From Octopus vulgaris (lineage: Eukaryota), in NCBI GenBank assembly GCA_951406725.2, contig OX597828.1, forward strand, positions 42,408,001 through 42,472,000: DNA of 64,000 bases, given 5' to 3'. Below the pieces are notes generated by a model that worked only from the letters and a program-made list of their open reading frames with translations, did no database searches and was not told the DNA's origin. Made by a program: the position numbers and the translations under genes. Numbering within the stretch: position 1 is the stretch's first letter; every line of letters starts with the position of its first letter. This document shows positions 1-11,515 of this stretch, piece after piece.

Positions 1-8
1 TAAAAGAG

Positions 9-40
<32 letters not shown>

Positions 41-354
41 GAGCGTGTTTGTTGTTTTATATATATTATCTATATATATAATATGTAACTATTACGCATA
101 TGTATTATGTATATGTATATATAGTAATGATAATTTTATTTGTTATATATTATATATTACGAAAGCTATATATTATAACAATCTCTATATAATTTATTTA
201 TATTGTACATATATAGACCATATATGATCTGTTGTATATATGCTGCATATAAGATATTACTATTCATGTTTGATGTATGTGTGGTTTGTGTATGTGTAAT
301 ACACACATAAATCCACATAAATTCAATATAATGCACATATAATATACTTATGCA

Positions 355-356
355 TT

Positions 357-387
<31 letters not shown>

Positions 388-518
388 ATGTGTATATATG
401 TGTGTGTGTGTATATATGTATGTGTATTACACATGTTATAAATGTATGTAGATGTGTGTATATGTACATGTATATATGTGTGTGTGTGTATATACATATA
501 TATGTATACATATGTGTA

Positions 519-549
<31 letters not shown>

Positions 550-554
550 GTGTG

Positions 555-623
<69 letters not shown>

Positions 624-870
624 ATATATATATGTGTGTGTGTGTATATATATATATATATGTGTCTGTGTGTGTATATATATATATGTGTGTGTATATA
701 TATATATATGTGTGTATGTATATATATATATGTGTGTATATATATATATATGTGTGTATTTATATATATATATATGTGTGTATGTATATATATATATATA
801 TGTGTGTATGTATATATATATATATGTGTGTGTGTATATATATATATATATATGTTTACTATATATACAC
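355..870. repeat. Compound (TA)n(TG)n microsatellite block
   Basis: Alternating tatata and tgtgtg runs. Similar blocks lie at 12955-13385, 13860-14300, 18740-19030, 21230-21660, 42820-43260, 47870-48400 and 60030-60510, among others. Confidence 0.95.
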
Positions 871-1863
871 TAATAAACATGTATATATTTAGATTATGCA
901 CAAAAAATTTGTGCAAGTGTGCGTGTGTGTGCGTTATGCGTGTGTGCGTGGCTGTTAATAAGTAAATTGTAATGGTAAAAAGACGTGTGTGTGTGTGTGT
1001 GTGTGTTCGCACCTTTCGAATCGTAGCGAGTTGACAAGACTTTCGAACCTCAGGTAGAATCCAGCGAGATAGGGCAGGATATTTTTAATCCTTAATTTCT
1101 ATAGGCCCAAGTGCAAAATTGCGCCGTGGTACCAAGTACAGAAGGAAAAGGAAAATACCTTAAATAATTTAAACCAACCAGCATGGCCTCAGTCCATGGC
1201 TTGAAACCAGTTTAAAAATAAACAATTTGAAAAAATAAACAATTTGAAAAGAGATATTTATAATATAAATACGACTGAAACAAATTGACTAAAATAAAAT
1301 ATTATTTTCATTTTGTTAATTAAGAAGAAAACATATTAGTGGCGACCTCTGTGCGCGTGATCATGTAGAAAACAAAATTTCTCATTTAAATTCAACATTA
1401 TTCGCTAAAACGATGCTCCAACCAAGTTTCAGAGATTTACGACCAAAAAATTCATTTAATAATTCGGAAGTTCAGTTTCACCGCGCACCCGCTTGTGTGT
1501 GTGTGTGTTTACTGTGTCCACACACTGTTTAACAGACCGTTTTTAGCTTACATCTGCCTACATTAGAAATACCCTCTACCATTATTATAATCTGGTATCG
1601 AGTTCTCTTATTATTTTTGTGGTCATTTTTCAAAATTTTATCCCAAGAAATAAATATACTTAATACAAAGTTGTGTGTGTGTGTGCCCCTCTGTAGCCTG
1701 TATATAATATAATATAATGTGTGTATATGTAAAAAGGTATATAATGCATATATTTATAGATAGATATAATATATTTATAATATACATATTGTACATCTAT
1801 AATATGTATTGTAAATCTAACTATCTCTCTCTCTAATATATATATATATATATAAAGAGTGAG

Positions 1864-1907
<44 letters not shown>

Positions 1908-2714
1908 CATATATATGAGCAGAAGAGAGAGAGATAAGACGATACACTCACATATGTGTATGTATATATATATATATACACACACATATACATATTGTAT
2001 GTATATATATATATACATATTATACATATAAATACATACATATATACATATACATATTATATATATATATACATATTATATATATATACATATATATATA
2101 TATAAATAGTGCTTATTATTAATATCACTACTATTATTATCATTATTATTATATTATTCTTATATTATTTTATAAACCTTCATCTCCATCCTTACATGCA
2201 ATATTTTTTAAGTAAAAATTAAAAATTCCTTATTTATTTTAAATTTATTATATAAATATAGTATATATATATATATATATATATAATTTGTGTGTGTGTG
2301 TATATTTGTGTATTTAGGTATATTTGATGGTGTGAATATAAGTGCATCGGGTGCATTGTTCTCGACCCAGATCCCAAAAATGAGATTTCGATATTTATTA
2401 AATCAAATAAACTTCGGAATATATTCCTTTCCATTATCCAAAAACTCTTGAAATAATACCGATGAAACAAAAGTATTAATATCGTATCCAAGAGCCGTGT
2501 GTGTGTGTGTGTGCGTACCTCTTCGTTGCTGTGTGTTTTTTTTTCTTTTTTGGTTTTTGACGAACTGGAATGTACAGCATATGTTGTTATGAAGTAGAAG
2601 AGACTTTGTTTGGGGTACTTCTGAAAGCGAAAGTACCCTGCAAGCACAAAATCATTAATATCTTTTCCCTTTTTTATTTATTCATTTATTTATTTAATTG
2701 TTCCTGTTATTATT

Positions 2715-3090
2715 CTGGGGCATCGCCTTGAACAATTTTAATGGAATGTACCGATCGATCCCAATATTTTTTTTTTTTATGACTGGTACTTATTCTATCG
2801 GTATTGTTTGCCGTACCGCTAAGCTACAGGGTACGTAAACGCACCAGCACCGGTCGTCAAGCGTTGGTGGAGGACAAACAGACATTAAGACACATACCCC
2901 TACATACACACACACATACAACACGTTTCTTTCAGTTTCCATCTAGCAAATCCGCCTACAAGGCCTTTGGTCGGCCCGAAGCTATATCATAGGAAAAAAA
3001 AACATTTGTCCAAGGTGCAACGCATGGGGTTGAACCCGGAAACATGTCGGTTGCGAAGCAAGCTTCTTAGTACACAACCACGCCTGCGTT
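2715..3090 (-). mobile_element. tRNA-derived SINE family B, diverged
   Basis: ttgccgtaccgctaagctacagg...ttcagtttccatctagcaaatcc...ccaaggtgcaacgc...gaacccggaaacatg. Confidence 0.78.
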
Positions 3091-3357
3091 TAATGTATTT
3101 CTCTCTATTCTTTCGGATGAAGAATGATCGGATTTTATGTTATTTACGTACACCGTAGTTGCTAAGACCAATTCAGGCCCGATCACACAGGCCTTCTTAT
3201 GATTAAGAAAGATCTCAATCGTTATCTTCACGTTTTTAATTTTAATCCTTTATGCACTATAGATATATGCTTTAATTTATCCAATAAGCCCTTGATATTG
3301 AGAGGTCTATTCTTTAATTTATCCAGTAAGGCCTTGTGATATTAATATAAAGGTTAA

Positions 3358-3756
3358 GGCGGCGAGCTGGCAGAAACGTTAGCATACCGGGCGCAATACT
3401 TAGCGGTATTTCTGCCGCCACGTTCTGAGTTCAAATTCCGCCGAGGTCGACTTTGCCTTTCATCCTTTCGGGGGTCGATTAAATAAGTACCAGTTACGCA
3501 CTGGGGTCGATATAATCGACTTTATCCGTTTGTCTGTCCTTGTTTGTCCTCTCTCTGTGTTCAGCCCCTTGTGGGTAGTAAAGAAATGGGTATTTCGTCT
3601 GTCTTTATGTTCTGAGTTCAAATTCCGCCGAGATCGACTTTGGCCTTTCATCCTTTCGGGGTCGATAAATTCAGTACCAGTTGCGTACTGGAGTCATCTA
3701 ATCGACTTCTCCTCTCCACAAACATTCGGGCCTTGTGCCTAGAGTAGAAAAGGATA
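3358..3756 (+). mobile_element. tRNA-derived SINE family A, tandem dimer
   Basis: Head ggcggcgagctggcagaaacgttag (A-box-like), B box gagttcaaattcc, and core ccgaggtcgactttgcctttcatcctttcggggtcga (resembles the Meta/MESC SINE domain, from memory). A second unit starts ~3590 with a different tail. Confidence 0.88.
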
Positions 3757-3889
3757 TTGAGAGAAGGTTCAAAAAGCGATGCGTAATCATAATTATTTAA
3801 TAAAGACTTTCCAGTTCTGACCATCGCCTATTGTTTCTTTTTTTTTCCCCCTACTTCGTGTATGTATTTAGCTCTATAACTATTATCCA

Positions 3890-4310
3890 CTCTTCTTGTA
3901 TTCTTGAGTCAGTCATTTGACTGCGGCAATGCTGGAGCACCGCCTCGAAGGGTCTTAGTCGCACAAGTCGACCCCAGGATTTATTTTCTTTCCAAGCTTT
4001 AGTAACTTATTCTGTCAGTTTTTTGCCGAACCACTAAGTTACGGGGACGTACACACATCAACACCGTTTGTCAAAAACAGTGATAAAGGGACTAACACAC
4101 ACACAAATACATAAATACATACATACACATATATATATATATATATATATACGATGGGTTTCTTTTCGTTTCCATCGACCAAATCCATTCAATCCCGAGG
4201 ATGTAAGTAGTAGAAGGCAGTTTGCCCAAGGTGCCACGCTATCAGAATGAACCCGGAACCATATGGTTGCGAAGCTAGCTTCTTACCACAAAGCCACGTC
4301 TGCGCCTATA
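3890..4310 (-). mobile_element. SINE family B
   Basis: cagtcatttgactgcggcaatgctggagcacc...cccaaggtgccacgc...gaacccggaaccatatggttgc...cttaccaca. Confidence 0.85.
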
Positions 4311-4328
4311 AGGAAGACTGTGATATAT

Positions 4329-4442
4329 GTTTACAACACCTGAGTTTTCCAAGCGGTCACCGAGATCTAAGCACTCCCTTGGCTCGACGTTGTTAAACTT
4401 TCGATGATCGGACGAGAACCGGTGCATTCCACTTGATATGTC
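4329..4442 (-). pseudogene. 5S rRNA pseudogene (slightly 5'-truncated, decayed)
   Basis: The reverse complement reads gacatatcaagtggaatgcaccggttctcgtccgatcatcgaaagtttaacaacgtcgagccaagggagtgcttagatctcggtgaccgcttggaaaactcaggtgttgtaaac. This is colinear with invertebrate 5S rRNA (CACCGGTTCTCGTCCGATCA..., GGTGACCGCTTGG..., GGTGTTGTA). Box A and box C regions carry substitutions or indels, and there is no oligo-T terminator. Confidence 0.88.
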
Positions 4443-4557
4443 TAATTTTTTTTTAAATAAATGACTCTGCAGTGTGATTAGATTATGAGGGAGGATTTAA
4501 CTTATATTTCTAGCATGCTGAGCGCCGCACCTTTGTTATCTTTAATCTTAAATATAC

Positions 4558-5303
4558 TTTTCTACTCTAGACAGAAGGTCCGAAATTTTGGGGTAGGGGG
4601 CCAGTCGATTAGATCGATTTCCCCAGTACGTAACTGGTACTTTTTGTGAAGTGAGAAAATTTAAACGTTATGAAAGAATCGAACCCGCGACTTACAAGGA
4701 GAAACTATTTGCTATAATAGTATCGTCGGTTTTCACTTTGAGGATGCATCATTGGATGTTGTGACATTAATTCATTTTCTTCATTAGACGAAAAACGCTC
4801 CGTATTTTAGATTAAAAACGATAAAAGTCAAAGTCGACCTCGGCCGAATTTGAACTCAGAACGCAAAGAGAGACGAAATACCTATTTCTTTACTACCCAC
4901 AAGGGGTTAAATAAACACAGAGAGGACAAACAAGGGCAGACAAACGGATTAAGTCGATTATATCGACCCCAGTGCGTAACTGGTACTCGTTTAATCGACC
5001 CCGAAAGGATGAAAGGCAAGGTCGACCGCGGGGGAATTTAAACTCAGAACGTAGCGGCAGGCGAAATACCCATTTCTTTACTACCCACAAGGGGCTAAAC
5101 ACAGAGGGGACGAACAAGGACAGACAAACGGGTTAAGTCGATTACATCGACCCCGGTGCGTCACAGGTACTTTAATTTAGCGACCCCGAAAGGATGAAAG
5201 GTAACTTCGGCCTCGGCGGAATTTGAACTCGGAACGCAGCGGCGGACGAAATACCACAAAGCATTTCGCCCGGCGTGCTAACGTTTCTGCCAGCACGCTG
5301 CTC
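4558..5303 (-). mobile_element. SINE family A multimer (three B-box units), interrupted at ~4641-4820
   Basis: Three reverse-complement B-box blocks (gaatttgaactc-type) at ~4846, ~5035 and ~5219. The head is at ~5265-5303 and the tail at 4558-4640. Confidence 0.85.
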
Positions 5304-5712
5304 TTTTTAATTTCTCCTTGTAAGTCGCGGGTTCGATTCTTTCATAAGGTTAAATTTTCTCACTTCACATAAATTAACGAACAGGAAGTTGTTTGTAGTA
5401 TTTAAGAAAAAGGCATAAACGCCACAGCATCTTAATTTGCTTAGTATACCTGAAGCCTTTGTATTCTGTATTTATTACTGCGTGCACAAGGCAATTAATT
5501 AAATTAGCGCTATTCATTTGTGTATACGTGTTAATGTATATATGTATGTTATACATAACGTATCCGTATGTATATTACAATAATATACACACACACACAT
5601 TTATTATATTTTTATATATGTATATATTAGTGTATACGAAAAGTGTGTATGTGTATGATATATATATATATACATACATGTATACATATATATAGATATA
5701 TTATATATATGT

Positions 5713-5757
<45 letters not shown>

Positions 5758-5825
5758 CATATAATATATAAAGAGAGAGGGAGAGAGATAACCAAATATA
5801 ATATAGTTAGATAACATAACGCATT

Positions 5826-5879
<54 letters not shown>

Positions 5880-5900
5880 ATACATATATATATATATATG

Positions 5901-5940
<40 letters not shown>

Positions 5941-6233
5941 TATATGTGCATGTTTATATATATATGTATATATATTATACATTAGAGAGACAGAAACAGG
6001 TGGAGAGGATAGGTAGATAGCTGATCCGTTTAAGGGTTCAAATCCCGTTGGTGTTTTATCTTTACCTTTCATTCAAATAAGTACCTGTCAAAGTACACGG
6101 TTCGATATTAATCGATTGATTTCTCTCTATACACCCAGTCACTTTCCCGCCAAAATGTACAAACCTTGTGTGTCTCTATAAGAAAACTATTATCATTAAT
6201 TACTACTACTACTACTACTATTTATTACATAAG

Positions 6234-6452
6234 GGCGGCGAGCTGGCAGAACCGTGAGCACGCTGGCGAAAAAAATGTTTAGCTGCATTTCGTCCGTCTT
6301 TGCGTTCTGAGTTCAAATTCCGGCGACGTCGACTTAAACCTGTTATCATTTCGGGGGTCAATAAAATAAGTATCAGTTGAACACTGACGGTCGATGTAAT
6401 CGACTCATCCCCTCCCCTCAAACTGCTACACTTGTAGCAAAATTTGAAACCA
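6234..6452 (+). mobile_element. SINE family A
   Basis: ggcggcgagctggcagaaccg...gagttcaaattccgg..., flanked by (TAC)n and (TAT)n. Confidence 0.85.
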
Positions 6453-6498
<46 letters not shown>

Positions 6499-6858
6499 CA
6501 GATTAACTTGTCGTTGCGTTATGTAGTATACCTTTCTGACTATTGGATATTCTATTGAACTTGTGTTCAAATCGCATCACGACGGATTTTTCCATTGGTT
6601 TTTACATCCTGGAATAGATTAAGTAAGATCCCCGGTCGTTCATATGCTCGTACCAGTTTGCATCATTTATAGACATTTATTATTTAATGCCCCCATGATG
6701 TGGGGGACTTTTTTTGGGTCATGTGTGAATGAACAGATCTGTCGGCATCTACAAATTAGTGTAGGGCCTGGCTAGAAGAAACGTATTACACTGACCATTT
6801 ATATATTTATAGCCACCTGTGCGTATGTACAATTCTATATCTATCTATCTATCTATCT

Positions 6859-7081
6859 GCGAGCTGGCAGAAACGTTAGCACGCCGGGCGAAATGCGTAG
6901 GCGTATTTCGTCTGTCGTTATGTTGTGAGTTCAAATTCCGCCGAGGTCGACTTTGCCTTTCATCCTTTCGGGGTCGATTAAATAAAGTACCAGTTGCGCA
7001 CTGGGGTCGATGTAATCGACTTAATCCCTTTGTCTGTCCTTGTTTGTCCCCTCTATGTTTAGCCCCTTGTCGTCAATAAAG

Positions 7082-7085
<4 letters not shown>
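6859..7085 (+). mobile_element. SINE family A
   Basis: gcgagctggcagaaacgttagcacgccgggcgaaatgc...gagttcaaattccgccgaggtcgac..., ending in (TA)n. Confidence 0.88.
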
Positions 7086-7143
<58 letters not shown>

Positions 7144-7325
7144 GCGCATTTTGTGTATAGTGGTTGGTCTCTTGCAAAATCTCGTTCATGAAGGCGAGCA
7201 AAGCGAAAACCTCGAAGTTACTGTCAACTTTTTCGTGTAAATTTTAATTAATAATGTATGTGTAGATGAGTTGATGTTTGTATTGCTATATACATTATAT
7301 ATAATATATGTATATATATATATAT

Positions 7326-7459
7326 ATCAGCCGAAATTGCGAAGATGATCTGGTTCTTGACTGATGACTGGGGGCTTCGAATGTCCCGTCCTGTGGTTCT
7401 TGTGTCGTCTCCTAGGTGTTTCACGTTCTTGTCCCAGTTTGTATATATTTTTTACTTTT

Positions 7460-7462
<3 letters not shown>
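7326..7462. repeat. Truncated copy of the 19261-19482 repeat, in (TA)n
   Basis: About 85 bp near-identical to 19346-19430, then more diverged. Confidence 0.85.
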
Positions 7463-7491
<29 letters not shown>

Positions 7492-7732
7492 ATGTGTGTA
7501 TGTATGTATACTCGTACGCTCAGGTGTGTTGGAAGAGTCTTCACAGGTGTTTGATTTTGTCGTCTACTTTAACTTTTAAATACACACACGCACACATAAT
7601 ATATATACATGCACTTATATGTGTGCATGCGCGAGCACTTCTGTTTTCAATCACGCACCATCACAACAATTAGGAAAAGAAAAGAATTTTGTACGTAAAT
7701 AAATAAAACTTCGCTTGCTACTGCACACACGT

Positions 7733-7763
<31 letters not shown>

Positions 7764-8099
7764 TACACACATATACACACACACAAGTGCGTGCGCGCAT
7801 ATATATATACACAACGATGTAGCCCCTTTATTCGTTCATGGGAAAGGTGAATGACTTTAGTGAAGGAAAATGCAAAACTTAATTCTCATGCTAATATCTC
7901 CAATCTCCAGAAACCCGGTTTCAATTCCGGCATAGTCCCCGACCAATTCCAGTTCGCCGAGTACAACAATTCTTCTGGGTAAAAAAAATGTCAGAAAAAC
8001 TCCTTTCTTTTCAACATTTACTTCCCATATCATTCATTCCATTTAAGCTTTCCTTTAAACTAATCTGCGACGTTTAATTAATATAACACTAATAATATT

Positions 8100-8336
8100 G
8101 TTTCATATTTTGGCACAAGGCCAGCAATTTTGGGTGGGAAGGTTTGCAAGTCGATTTACATCGAACCCCACCTAGTAGATTTGACTGGTACTTTATCCTA
8201 TCGATTTAAAGTGCAAAGTCGGAACTCGGAGTGTATAAAATAGCTTTGAAGAAAACCCAGCTACGCATTTATTTTGTCGAACGAGTTTGCAATCGGCCTG
8301 CTTAGCTGTCGCCTCAACAACAATAATATTAATGAT

Positions 8337-8377
<41 letters not shown>

Positions 8378-8550
8378 AATCCTTTCTGCTATTGGTGCAA
8401 GGATTGAAATTTCGGTGGGGAGAAAGCTAGATGATTACATATATCTAAGTTGATCTCGGTGGGATTTGAACGCAGAATGTCAAATGAGCCAGAACAAATG
8501 TCGTCTAAAGCATGTTGTTCGACGCCTTAACGAATCTGCCAATTAGTTTC
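8100..8550 (-). mobile_element. Two degenerate family A SINE copies
   Basis: ggcacaaggccagcaattttgg...actggtact (8113-8192) and cctttctgctattggtgcaagg...gatttgaacgcagaa (8380-8480). Confidence 0.6.
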
Positions 8551-8592
8551 GAATACAACAGGCACGCGGCCCTGATATTTGGCGGGGGGGAA

Positions 8593-9503
8593 CGGAGCCG
8601 TTGTCAGTTACATCGATCCCCAGCAAATCACTGGTATTTTATCAAACACATGGGGAAGAAAGGAAAAGTTGGGTATTTTGTCAAACAGGTGGGGCGGAGC
8701 CTTGTCAGTTACATCGACCCCCAGCAAATCACTGGTATTTTATCAAACACATGGGGAAGAAAGGAAAATTTGGGTATTTTGTCAAACAGGTGGGGCGGAG
8801 CCTTGTCAGTTACATCGACCCCCAGCAAATCACTGGTATTTTATCAAACACATGGGGAAGAAAGGAAAAGTTGGGTATTTTGTGAAACAGGTGGGGCGGA
8901 GCCTTGTCAGTTACATCGACCCCCAGCAAATCACTGGTATTTTATCAAACACATGGGGAAGAAAGGAAAAGTTGGGTATTTTGTCAAACAGGTGGGGCGG
9001 AGCCTTGTCAGTTACATCGACCCCCAGCAAATCACTGGTATTTTATCAAACTCATGGGGAAGAAAGGAAAAGTTGGGTATTTTGTGAAACAGGTGGGGAA
9101 CGGAGCCTTGTCAGTTACATCGACCCCAGCAAATCACTGGTATTTTATCAAACACATGGGGAAGAAAGGAAAAGTTGGGTATTTTGTCAAACAGGTGGGG
9201 CGGAGCTTTGTTAGTTACATCGACCCCCAGCAAATCACTGGTATTTTATCAAACACATGGGGAAGAAAGGAAAAGTTGGGTATTTTGTCAAACAGGTGGG
9301 GCGGAGCCTTGTCGGTTACATCGACCCCAGCAAATCACTGGTATTTTATCAAACACATGGGGAAGAAAGGAAAAGTTGGGTATTTTGTGAAACAGGTGGG
9401 GCGGAGCCTTGTCAGTTACATCGACCCCCAGCAAATCACTGGTATTTTATCAAACTCATGGGGAAGAAAGGAAAAGTTGAGTATTTTGTCAAACAGGTGG
9501 GGA
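8593..9503. repeat. Minisatellite, ~101-bp unit x9, derived from the body of a minus-strand family A SINE
   Basis: Unit cggagccttgtcagttacatcgacccccagcaaatcactggtattttatcaaacacatggggaagaaaggaaaagttgggtattttgtcaaacaggtgggg starts at 8593, 8695, 8796, 8897, 8998, 9101, 9201, 9302 and 9402. Confidence 0.95.
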
Positions 9504-9999
9504 AGTAAGGAAAAGATGGGACCCCGGTTGGATTTGAATTCTGGGGCTTCTTTTAGTGTTTCGGTGACGAAGGTAAGCAAGTTACTGACCACTGTTGGCT
9601 TTTGTAACATAGTATGGTGGCGATCGTTCATAGTTTGGTGGTAATTATTATTATGGTGATAGCAAATGGCTGGAATAGTTAACACAGTGGTTGTTAGTTA
9701 AAATAGCTCCTTCCAATTTATCTTTTCAGTTTCCTTGTTTAAATTTACTTCGTAAAAGAGGTTGGGATCAGTCATTCAACTGTCGCGCGCGCACACGTAT
9801 GAGCGAATATGCGTTGGTCTTCATACTCATAATACTCATACTCATAATGTTGCGAGTTCAAATCCAAACGTTTTTCAATCGTAGGTTGATAACGCAAGCT
9901 CCACCAACATACAAAGATATACGAGTTGACCTCCACTTTGCAATGCATTCCTTCTGCGGCCACACACACACACATAATATATATATATATATATATACA

Positions 10000-10170
10000 C
10001 GACGAGCTTCTTTCAGTTTCCGTCTACCGAATCCACTCACAAGGCATTGGTCGGCCCGAGGCTATAATAAAAGATGCTTGCCCAAGGTGCCACGCAGTGG
10101 GAATGAACCCAGAACCATGTGGTTCGTAAGTAAGCAAGCTACTTACCACACAGCCACTCCTACGCCTATA
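10000..10170 (-). mobile_element. SINE family B 5' half
   Basis: gacgagcttctttcagtttccgtctacc...cccaaggtgccacgcagtggg...cttaccacacagccactcc. Confidence 0.85.
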
Positions 10171-10399
10171 AATAAAATGCTAAGAAAAATATAAAATTTG
10201 AATGAAGTAAAATAGCCGTTACCTGTCTGTTTCGATTCTGTCGGTGGCCCTTGTGGGCCCCTCCTATTTTTCGAACTGGTATAAAAATAGAATTACTAAA
10301 ACTATTAATGTCATCATACAGTAAAACTATTAAGTTTATGCATTAATTAATAAATAATCTTAATACTAATTTCTTGCGGCCAGAAGAAGGGAAGAAATT

Positions 10400-10850
10400 G
10401 TAGCGGTGGGGGTGGGGCTTGGAGAATTGTTGAAATGAATTGATCTCAGTACTTTTGAGTGGTGTTCCGATTTTATTTTGCCGAATCGAATCCGAAAAAC
10501 TGAAATGTGAAGTTGATGACGGCGGCAGAATTTGAACGCAGAACGTAAAGGAACGGAGCAACTACTGAAAAAGTATTTTGTCCGATGTTCTCTAACGATA
10601 CTGCCACAGCTGTATATCATAAGGATTTCTGATTTAAGTAAAAGGCCTCTAATTTTGGCGGGAGGGGTTAAGTAAGTCTATTACATCGATCTCGGTCTGT
10701 GTAACTGGTACTTATTTTATCGACCCCAAAAGTATGAAAGGCAAAGTTGATCTCGGGTGGATTTCGAACGTAAAAAGACAAGACGAAGACGAAATACCGC
10801 TTAAGCATTTTTACCCGGTGTGTTTTGTTCTGCCAGCTCGCCACCTTAAT
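10400..10850 (-). mobile_element. Two degenerate family A SINE copies in tandem
   Basis: ggcagaatttgaacgcagaacgtaaag (~10525), then actggtacttattttatcgacccc...tgccagctcgccacctt (10700-10848). Confidence 0.7.
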
Positions 10851-11377
10851 CCGCCTTCTAACTTTAATAAATCAAATGTACTGATTTTTTTATTAGCCAC
10901 AGGGGTCAAATAAATGAATACAATACAATAACAAAGACGAAATACTAAAACAGAAATCAGAAGGGCACATTTTTTTTTATATGGATGGAGCAAAGGGGGT
11001 AAGAAGAACACAAAACACAATATTATTACATGAAATACCTGACAGTACTAGTGAAAGAGTAAGAAGAACACATGGGTTTGCAAAGTTACCCTCTGAGGCA
11101 CAATAGGTTGTTTTATTACATGAAATACCTGACAGTACTAGTGAAAGAGTACCCTTCTCAAGAAAGGGTAGTACCCAAGTTGGCGAGTGTAATAATAATC
11201 AAATAGAGCGAGATGATTCAGAGTACTACACACACACACACATCCACACCCGGATGCAGAGCAACAAAAGTATTTGACGACAAAAATCATCCTACAGCCG
11301 CATAAGTTTTCAAGGCCCTTATAATTTATTTATCCACTCCATACACTATTTTTTAGTAATAATATTAATAATAATAG

Positions 11378-11515
11378 TCCTTTATACTATGGGGCTCAAG
11401 GCCTGAAATTTTGGTGGGAGGGGGTTAGTCGATTACATCGATCCCAGTGCAATTTGACGTAAAGACGGACGAAATGCCGGCGTGCTTAATGATTCTGTCG
11501 GCTCACCGCCTTTAA
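11378..11515 (-). mobile_element. Family A SINE, internally deleted
   Basis: aaggcctgaaattttggtgggagggggttagtcgattacatcga...ggctcaccgcctt. Confidence 0.65.

Noticed and set aside
356-1012. Long ORFs rich in YI/CV/HT dipeptides (here and throughout, e.g. 51951-52898, 60022-60638)
   Set aside because: These are translations of (TA)n/(TG)n microsatellites, which lack stop codons, and are open in several frames and both strands.
1265-1625. Possible DNA-transposon/MITE remnant
   Set aside because: I could not identify terminal inverted repeats, a TSD or a second copy.
4329-4442. Functional 5S rRNA gene
   Set aside because: It is a single copy with a missing 5' end, a mutated internal control region and no oligo-T terminator.
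8512-9644. Repetitive 190-250 aa ORFs and a superficially CRISPR-like periodic array
   Set aside because: The units are contiguous 101-bp repeats (not a multiple of 3) with no unique spacers and no cas genes. The context is eukaryotic and the unit is SINE-derived.
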